A stretch of DNA of 64,000 bases. Source: Trichoplax adhaerens. Taxonomy: Eukaryota; Animalia; Placozoa. Positions within the stretch are counted from its first letter, which is position 1. The number at the start of each line of letters is the position of its first letter. This document shows positions 54,435-64,000 of the stretch, piece by piece. A program made the translations under genes and the position numbers. The stretch is from positions 124,001-188,000 of the forward strand of contig NW_002060954.1 in the NCBI RefSeq assembly GCF_000150275.1, written 5' to 3'. A model generated the notes under the pieces. It did no database searches. It saw only the letters and a program-made list of their open reading frames with translations, and was not told where the DNA came from.

Positions 54435-55600
54435 GTACTGTATGTACTGTACTGTAGTTGTACTGTACAGTAGGTAGTGCTTTTCATAAAGGTAGTGGGT
54501 CGTGGGCCTGTGGGTTGTTACCAGAGCTCCATACCGTACAATGCTATTGTTGATTTCTATGGTTGTTACTAGACAAAGCAAAATACGATTATACAGTACA
54601 GTACTGTACTGTACAGTATAATGTACTGTACTGTAATACTGTAGCTCTGTTGGTGAAGCGACAGATGACGGTTTAGCCCCTGAGTACAGTACAGTAGAGT
54701 ACAGTACAAACCAAACTCGCTACAGTACATACTTTCAGAGGTGACAATTGAGTTTGTAAAGACTGTACTGTACAGTGTACAGTACCCTGAGTACAGTACC
54801 GTACTGGCGTACTGTAATGCGGAGACTTATCATTTTTGGGGTCATACAGGACTGTACTGTACTATATACTGTACGGTATCAATGAAACCGTACACCACAC
54901 TGTACAAAAAGCAACATAGCAGGCTTATGGGGCTAATAGAATAGCATCTAAATTTGACGTCAATCGCGGACAATATAGTACAATATATCGTTGCAGACGT
55001 GCGAATACAGTTGAAATGACCAGTAAAATGATCAGCCTACACATTATCAGTATGTTGAACGATCATTTCCAGTCCTGTCTCTTTCTTTTTAGTAGTCCCT
55101 TCTAGAACTCATACGTATACAAAGTTTCAGTTAATTCTGCTAAGACATTTACGTAGTACTGTACTGTACACTGTACAGTACAGTACAGAAATGCTGATAT
55201 CCGGTTGATAACTCCATTGTTCTCTAGTATTCGCGCCATATTTGATATTGAACCACTGATAACAGCCAGTTCCAAGCTGATTTACTATAAACTTTTGGAC
55301 GTGTTCAGGGACTATTTTGTAGATATTTGATCATGCGTACGCTGTAGAATTTAGATAATGATATCAGCAAAAACTAGATTAACAGCTTTAGTACAAGGAA
55401 AAAAGACTGTAAAAAAATCTGGACACATTTTTCATACAAAGCCATATAAAATGTGTCCAGACTTTCCGGACGCGCTGTACAGTAAATGCGATCGTTTGAT
55501 CTGCTTGGTATTTCAGATTACAGCACAGTGTACAGTAAATATTCTAAGAGCTTTACAGTACTGTTCAGTACTGTACAGTACTGTAGTATTGAATGAGTAC
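54435..55600. repeat. CAGTA/TACTG clusters between the divergent COMMD8-like and tetraspan-3 genes
   Basis: Clusters at about 54435-54905, 55155-55190 and 55520-55600. Confidence 0.75.
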
Positions 55601-55647
55601 AGTAGTAAAGACTGTAGCAAACGGACAGATCATCCATCTGTCCGTTT
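55418..55647. repeat. Two perfect inverted repeats sharing a GGACA(C/G)AT core
   Basis: tctggacacatttt (55418-55431) pairs with aaaatgtgtccaga (55448-55461), 14-bp stem. aaacggacagat (55619-55630) pairs with atctgtccgttt (55636-55647), 12-bp stem. Confidence 0.85.
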
Positions 55648-55712
55648 CGAGAAGTAAAAAATTTTTTTTGGTTAGTACATCACTGTGCAAGACTTATGAG
55701 TACAGCATATCA

Positions 55713-58670
55713 ATGGCGATGTCTTCTACAGCAGTAGCTGGAGCGTCTTTGATGATATTTGGTCTTGGCGATGTTGCCATTTCAATTCTTGTCACAGTTG
55801 ATATCAACAGTACGATTCGTTATTATGGTTCGATAAGTTTTTTATTGATGATTTCTTCAGTATTAGGAACGTCGGTAAGAGCCTTAAGTTAATTTTACGC
55901 TGTATAGGATTGAACGCTGTAAAATATTGAATCCACACTCGTAATATCAAAATAGATACTTTACTGCATTAAATTAATTTTACGGTGTATAGGATTGTCA
56001 AATTGTCCTAGACAGAGCTATAATATTGCAATCGGCAATATTGATGATGTATTGTACTATTACAGTATAGCGCTAATGTTACAGACAGCTCATAATTATC
56101 AACTTGCTTACGAAAGTTAATGTTCGTCAAGGTTTGCTTATAAAATAAAATAGTATCTCTGTCCATTGCTTTTATTATATGCTGTATGGCTCTTTAAACC
56201 ATACATATAACTTCTCCGATTACGTTTTAACGTATGCTTATAGTGTACAGAGTAGAATGCGTAGCCAGATGAAAGTGATTACTGTACTTATAATTATTTA
56301 TATATATATATATACGGTATAAGATTGCACACTTATCGGACTCAATACTTTAAATAGATGATACTAGGTGGCCTTATGTGCATCATTCAGCATCGATTTC
56401 ACAAGGGAATGGCGGTAGGAAAACGTTATTCATACGATTGTACATATGACAGTTACTTTTTTTACGTTCACGCAATGTTAGTAAAGATTATACGCGTACA
56501 GTATGTGAATTAATTATATGAGTATACTGTAGCTACGGTATAATGGTATACGTATACAATTAAATATTTAGAATCTGAATAATTAGCTATTAGATAAAAA
56601 ATTCTTGATGGAAGGCTAGATATGAAGTCATCTTTTGCTATATGACTGGATTTCTATTAGGTTATTTCCATCTTTACCATGATGTTGCTATCTCTGGTGT
56701 GTGTAATGATTTCTGCTGTTTCATTTACATATTACTATGCGAGGCTGCCAATTTATACCTTGATGACATCACGTTCGGTGGCCTTATTTGCCCTAAGTGT
56801 GTTCTTCCATATGAGTTCGTTCATAATTCTTGCTTATTCGATCAAGAAACAATCTCTACAACTGTCTGATTTTGGTGAGCAACGTCGAGAACAAGATGAA
56901 CCGTTAGATGCCGGTGGCCGTGTTGAAACAGCAGAAAGTATGAACCCTATCACTTTTAGGCATCCAGATCACCAAAGCAACTTACTCGTAATTTTATTAT
57001 GCGTTATTGGTGGATTAATGCTGTTTACAGGTCTTGCAGATGTTTTCATCTTGCAGGGACTTTACGCTACACAGACGTGCCTGACTGGAATATTTGTATG
57101 TATTTAACACTTTACTAGTATACAGTAACAGTGCTATCATACTTTAATTACTCCTACAGCATTGAATATATGTATCAGTTAGTATAATCGTATTAAAGAG
57201 ATTAAAAGAAAGAAATTTCTCTCCTATAAAGCCTTTCAATGAAGAACCTTCTGATTTTCTTTATTAACTATTGATCCTCATTTTCTCATTAGTAATGTGA
57301 TTTACAGTAGTTGCAAAATTTTGTTTTATAGCTGTTGCTAGCTGCTGGATGTGGTTATTTACATGAAATTAGACACATCAATGGCGCAGTAAGTATCTAT
57401 AACAGTCGCTACCGCATGTTGAGTGATGCTCTGCTTTTAATTTATATGTCGGAAGTTAGTATCATGAGACTGCTAAAGGACTCCATCCGACATGAATGTC
57501 CGCGCTATTTAGTTAAGAATCTTATTTTTCTAATGCCTCTGAATGTCTTTCATTTTACTTTATTAGGCAGCCTGGTCTTGTGTCTTTTTTTACATTAGTC
57601 GATTAATATCTATTGCTGCAATTGGGATAAATATTACAATTTTCACAAATGTCCGCGCAACATATCTAAATTATCATTTCAGCGCCCTTGCAGTTTTTAT
57701 ACTTTCAACGATTTTTATGGCAACTGGATTTCTATTATCGGTTTATGCTGCATATGTATTTAAACTTCGAATTAATAAGCAAACAGTGCATATTTGCCCA
57801 ATTTGTTTAAATGCAAGCAACTCTTCGCTTCAACTAGTCTTTGTTTGGACCGGCCATTTTCAATTCCTTTCAGGCCTGGCACTATGGACCGTAGGCCTGG
57901 CTGCTATGATTTTCAATATATTTGAGCATTCCTCTCTACATACTTTCTATTTAGCGAGTTTGGTAAGTAAGAAGTACGTACAATATTGCTCGCTACGTAG
58001 TAATTTACTGTGAAGCTTTTTTGTATGTTTGTGGAAATATAACGGAAGAAAGGAATATCATACGCGCTTGCAATTAGTGATATAATCTGGAACTCGTTGT
58101 GGCTACTACAGAATTAATTTTAGTGGATAAAATTAGTTATAATGTGAAATTTAGAGACTGTATAATAAAATTTGTTTGGTATGTACCTCTTTAGTTACTA
58201 ACAACTTCAAGATTTGCGTCTGCAACGAATAAAAATCAGTCTGAGGTTAGTCCTCTTCAGCTTTAAAGTTATCGTGTCGTGGTAATAAGTAAATCTCACT
58301 GCACTATTTTCTTTGCTTGATAGAATGCGGTCTACATAACTATGCTATTTTTTTGTATCTTGGCATCCGTAATGGAAATCGCCTATATTGTAACCGGATA
58401 TGGTGGATGGAACTCGATTAATTCGGTACAATGGCAATCTTCTTCAATTCCAGTAATTTTTTCGTTGGCGTTATCAGCTATCGCCTTCATAGGGTGCTTG
58501 GTATCTACTTTCAAAGTTTATCAATATCAAGGGTTTGCTTATTTCAGCAGAAACGTAAGAACTAATACATCTATTTTAATTTCATCCAGTATACGTAACA
58601 GTCAATCTTATCTCGTTTTCACAGCACTGTATATCAGATTGCTAAATTTTTACAGGATACGTTATTTTAA
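55713..58670 (+). CDS. 12-TM triple-tetraspan protein, paralogue 3
   Basis: Exons 55713-55874, 56358-56414 (57 nt), 56661-57095, 57332-57388 (57 nt), 57567-57962, 58195-58245, 58324-58554, 58656-58670. All phase 0, ~467 aa. VIGGLMLFTGLADVFILQGLYA aligns with paralogue 1 GVGGVLLFIIGITSIFVLDGHFA; YLASL| aligns with YLACL|; the last mini-exon starts with DT in both genes. Confidence 0.75.
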
Positions 58671-61600
58671 AGATATGGATACTGTCTATGTATGTTCCTC
58701 TACAAAATTTAAATGACCATATATGGATTAGCATAATTAATGATACGATGAATATTCTTATTACGGTATTAGAATAATTTTTGAAAATAAGATTGATATT
58801 TAGATGATATTTTAGCTTTATCTGGGTAACCTTAGCCATGGACTACTAGATAGGCATAGCATCTATTTGTCCATGCTTCAGCACACTGTTGTGATTGGTC
58901 ATACAGTAACTTCTGACAGATAAAAACTTTGTTAGCTTCAGCTACAGAAATAATTTCACCCGCAAACTGACCGCAGAGTACAGTATACAGTACCATGGAC
59001 TACTAAATAAATCCCGGGATTTCTTCGATAGTTCATGACCATATAGTGTATTGTACATACATACTACGCCCAGATGACTACAATAGTACATCGTACTGTT
59101 GTCAACCAACGTAGAGGCTACTTTAGGAGTGCACTTAAAAATATGAGTTCCAATGAAGGATTTATGAAAAATGCTTCTTACTCTCCTGTCTCATACCGTA
59201 TTCGTTAATATTCCTGATCGCCATTGGTTGTAGTGCTGTTTGAATAGCTATGTAACTCCACTTAATGGATTATTTACGTTGAAGCTTAGTCAATGTAATG
59301 TAGTACCACTAATACGAAAGAGTGCATCAAGAGACTGGTAAAAATTATTAGGTGTACGTATTCATTGAAGAGCGAAGGAAGCATTCTGCTTCAGTTACCG
59401 TACAAGTTAACAGGTATTTTACTATATGTAGTATTAGAAGTCAGAATGAGCAAATTCCCTTGTTGACCTGACCTGCAAATAATTTACTACATTCAGGCTT
59501 CAGTTTATGCAATTTTAGTGTATGAATAGGCATCAGTTGGAATCAAGCAAGTTTTTAGTGTGCTGCCTCAAATATGTTATTCCGAAGATCTTGAATTAAA
59601 ACAACGCATCGATTCAATATTACTTTCGCGTAAATAGTCATATGTGGTCTTGAATTCAATCTTTTAATATGATTTTTAATAAATCATATCTTGTTTGTAA
59701 TATTCGTAAAATCTAAAGCTTGTAAGTTTCTCAGGCACTGATATAAGAAAACCGGTAATCCTGCATAATATATATACAAGAATCGGGTACAGTTTATTCC
59801 TATAAGCTGGGAGGCTGCATGTAGGATTCGTGTACATAGACAGTTTTTCAGAGCGCGTAACGGTGGAAGTATAGCTTGTATTACGAGCAGATAAACATAT
59901 AGAATGGTGCATATAATGGTACGTGTTCTGGTTATAGTAATAACCGTTAGATTCTACTGCACTCTTTTAAGTAAATATACTGCGCCGGATTGTACTGCTG
60001 TCGACCTTGCATACTTGGTGATGGAACGATCAGGAATTTTTGAGCTGATACAATTTATAAGGATTTACTCACAATAGTATCGGTGTATTTTTGTTTTACG
60101 GATAAAACGTTTGAAGCTGTGATATATTTAGAACTTTTCTTTATTCAAGCTAACGTTTAATAGTATTTGACAGTGTAGTTGATATTCTAAGTTAAAGCAG
60201 GGTAGTGCGGTACGTTATTAACGAAATTGATGATGCTATGATATATTACTGCATCAATTTGCTGCATTCTACGCTTACCGTAAATGAAGAGCCTTTCTTG
60301 ACCACTGAGCTGTTGTTAATTAGTGGCACTTCCATTATCACTAAACTCAATGTTATCAACACATAGGCACAGGATGTAGAAGAATTAGTCGAAAGCAATA
60401 TGCCAGACTGTACAACATCAGATGATAAGGATATGGGAAATGATAACTAGGCAAATTTGGTATGTAGATAGGGTATTTGCCTTTTCCTAATAAAAGTACA
60501 TTAATAATGAATTGTAAAGATAACATTAATTTATTGACTAATTGTTGTACTTTATCTTGCTATGATTAAAATTGATCTAAATATCCTTATACTCAAATAT
60601 AAAATTATACGCGTAATTAGTTGGCTTATGATGCTTACTATTGCGATATCGCTGAATATTTATGTTCTATATATAGTGTATGTACAGTGAATGCTGTAGT
60701 AAGTTCTCAGATTGGTCAACAACCGAAGTGGCGTCTTTCTGTTCGAATTAAAAGTCTCTGCATTACAATTATATTATCGCATATTGCGATGTGTCTTAAA
60801 GTAATTTATTTATACATACAAGTACATGTAAGAAAGTAGCTGCTTATTATCATATCTATAAGAATGAACACTGAAAAGCTGTATGCGGTGGAGTATTACA
60901 GTGTTGATGCAGAAAAATACTGTCAGCGTTTGCTGTACAATTGATTATGTTATGGGAATGTACCACTGTTCATAGGGTTATATTTGTCATCTATAGTCCT
61001 CTCATTTCGTTGGTCATCTGATATTCTTCTTTGCTTTATACTGTAGTGCTGTACTGTAGACTGTACAGATGTCTTGCACGAATGTTATAAATAACTTTCT
61101 CTTGATTACAGTTTAAATATGACCCTCCTTACTAACCAGTATTTACGCAACTTCTCAACAAGTTATGAAAAGGGTGAAGTCGTGATTGTGATTACAATCT
61201 TAACTGTATCTTCAAGTTATATTAATCGCAACCAGTGCTCCATACAATCCTATTGTTGATCTTCGAACGATACCGCGATACCGTATCGGTATGATTACGG
61301 CAAAATCACGCATGATTTACTATGGCGTACTGTACTGTACTGTACAGTACAGTACAGTATTTGGGAGGTCCTGCTACCCTCGAGTCCTATTTGTACTGTA
61401 TGTTTGGTATTGGCAGTTCTGCAGAATGGAAGTCACACCCAAAATGCTGTTCAAAGAACCGCTGCAAATTTGAGACTTTCGTTTTGAGCGCGCGCAGTTA
61501 CAATTTCAACCGTTCGCGGGAATTCGTGGTGGATCTTGATCTTACGATTAACTACTAGTAATGACCGATGATATCGAGATTATTACTGCCAACTGTTGGT

Positions 61601-62889
61601 ATAAAATAAATGTGTAATATTAATACACATAGTGCTCAGTATAAAAATTACTGTACTGTATAACAACGGCGCATTTACGCGAAGTATCACGAACGGAATA
61701 TTCTACTAACATATCGTACGTGCATACTGTACTGTACAGTGTACACGTACTGTATAATAAGTGTTATATATAGAGCAATCACATATACAGCATACTGTAC
61801 AGTATATAGAATGATTAAAAGTCGTACTGTAGAATTACAGTTCAAAATGATTAACGTTCTAATTATGTAATTATCAGTTTAAGCTAATCTTATATGGATA
61901 ATCATTTAGCTAAACCATAAGTGAAGTAATCTAGCAAATGTATAAATACCTTCATAAATTTGTTAATAAACGATTCTCAATTGAACCTACACCGTTTACC
62001 ACGAACATAATAATTGGCGTCGTGAACAGGATGGCAAATCATACTACTGTACTTACGAAATAATAAGGACACGATTGAGAGGGTAAACAAATTGGAATAG
62101 AAATTGGTTGTATGCGTTGCATAGTTGCAACTGAAGCAGCGTAAAAATAAAATACAAACTATTGCCTAATTACCAGATTAAGACATCTACAGGAAATAAA
62201 GTTCACTGAGTTATAAGATCTAAAGATAATTTGGGTTATCAAGAATGTATGTATCACGGGCGAGCTTGGCGCAATTTAGCGAAATGACATATGATGGAAT
62301 CTTTGATATTTAAATCAAAAACATTAAGAGCAATAGTATAAGCCGTATGAATGATCATAAATCTAAACATTATGTGATCTAATTGGTATTATGCAAATAG
62401 CACATTCCATATTCTGGAAAGATACAAAAATCAATTTCGGTTCAAGAAATTTGCTACTTTATTGAAGTTTGGTTCCATTTTCAGTGAGGCAAAGGATATC
62501 AACTTGTTGATTATCTTTGCTAAAAAGTAATAAGGGGTACTTGAAAGCAATAATATATATAAAAATTTTACATTATACCTATATAATAAAATGCTCCAGT
62601 AGAAAAGTAACTCCGATTGATAATAATTATAATTTCTGGTTGAGGCATTCTCTGAACAATATTACTTAAATATTTACCGCATGAATGACCTAAAGAAATA
62701 AAGCGTAGGTTGGAGGATACTTCATGTAATATTTTACCAACATCTTATAGTTACATTTTTTATGCTACTCCTAGCAATCGCATCTTGAGTTAAGATGCCT
62801 AAATTAGAGAACATTTTAAAATGTAATCCCATGCCTTAGCCAAGGGTAACACAGGATTGGGTTAGATATTGATTAATCTCAAATTCCAT

Positions 62890-63964
62890 CTAGTGAATCT
62901 CTATACGTGATAAAAAGTAATATCGTGTGAGTTTGGTATAATAGTAGTACTGATGTCGATTAATTATAGGTACAACCTTTGGTTCTGTTGGCAGTCTGTA
63001 TAATTTTTCTCAAACACTGCCCAAATTCTTCGAGGATTGTCTTTTCAGCAATGGAAGATACTCTATTTAACTTATTATTGTCATGTATTAAAAGAAGGGT
63101 CATGAGTATATGTCTATATGTGATACACATATATATATATACTGGGCAATACTTTTTCTGATTCCTGAGCCTGTTTTAGTAAGCAATTGCAGGTCGCTTT
63201 AATAACTTCGGCGCTAATAAAGTTTAGTGGCAATCTATATGTAAATGTGCAAAAACTTTTAAAACTAAAGATGTATGCAGCACAGTAATTTAGTTAGATA
63301 AATTCGATAATATAGCGTGTTCAATGTTTTCATTATCATTCAAAATTCACACCAGTACCTGCTACCATCATTTTTTGCAGATATGCTTGCAGATAAATCA
63401 TCAATTTGAGTAGAAAGTTTCGATTTGGCAGCAGTTTGCTGCTTTACCCTTATATCTGAAATAAGAAGGGTATCCTTCGATATAATTCATGAGTACATTG
63501 TAGTGAAGTAGTTGTTGCTGCACTATAACGCAAAAAGAAACCTTCAAAAAAATTCTGGAAAAGTGAGAATACCTGCGGCATCGGCAAGCTGCATAAGATT
63601 TTTTCGTTCGAGGCAGTCTTCACGATTCTTGCAGTTAGTACATTTACACAAAACTGTACATGGAATTTTGGCCTATGCAATGTTTAGGATGCATGAATAT
63701 CATCAAATTGCTAATTTGAACCCTTATCACACCGTACTTCGAGATATTAATTTTTACATCGTACCTCGTAGCATTCACAATAGTTCTTTAAACATCCAGA
63801 TCGTTTGCAATTGCATCCTTTGCTATGGCGTCTTTCATTTCCTTCCTACAAATAAAAGTGTTTTGGATCAATTTTCGCATTTAATTTCATACAATCGGTA
63901 ATGAGTATACTTTTGCTTTGCCAATTTTTGGTCGAAAGGCATGTGGATTTCTTTCCAAACAAGC
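62890..63964 (-). CDS. LIN54: LIN54 / tesmin-TSO1 CXC-domain DREAM (MuvB) subunit, 3' portion (gene continues beyond the window)
   Basis: Exons encode [39 protein letters not shown]|[28 protein letters not shown]|[51 protein letters not shown]. Probable stop at 62892-62890. Not captured by the ORF track. Confidence 0.93.
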
Positions 63965-64000
63965 CTACAATAGGCGTCACAACATTGAAACACATTAATT

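Noticed and set aside
55993-56130. Possible extra exon in intron 1 of tetraspan paralogue 3
   Set aside because: The phase-compatible frame contains stops, and skipping it gives the family-standard exon pattern.
58836-59005. 13-bp direct repeat CCATGGACTACTA (58836 and 58993)
   Set aside because: Too short and isolated to define an element or a regulatory site.
61360-61560. Possible RNase P/MRP or snRNA gene
   Set aside because: Only a weak CR-I-like GGGAGGTC is present; no complementary P4 partner or Sm site could be identified.

Overview
AT-rich eukaryotic genomic DNA with many short GT-AG introns and abundant (CAGTA/TACTG)n pentamer repeats. This signature suggests a placozoan such as Trichoplax (inference from composition, not a database result). 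Spliced genes reconstructed by hand, in order: a paired-box plus homeobox gene of the PaxA/C-Pox neuro type (+), an internally deleted Helitron relic (-), cGMP-dependent protein kinase (+), a head-to-head pair of ~460-aa membrane proteins each made of three tandem four-helix MS4A/CD20-like modules (-/+), a prosaposin-like gene (+), a plant-type 'pathogen-related protein' homologue with an N-terminal membrane anchor (+), ARPC4 (-), a peptide-type class A GPCR (+), the PP2A catalytic subunit (-) head-to-head with SEC24A/B (+), a COMMD8-like locus that may be disrupted (-), a third triple-tetraspan paralogue (+), and the 3' part of LIN54 (-). The best candidate for an undescribed system is the three-member family of 12-TM concatenated tetraspan proteins, whose exon structure repeats module by module. 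Other notable items are an inverted triplication inside a PKG intron, CAGTA arrays concentrated at housekeeping-gene 5' ends, and an M-box/CLEAR-like site upstream of prosaposin. All exon models are manual and need RNA-seq confirmation.
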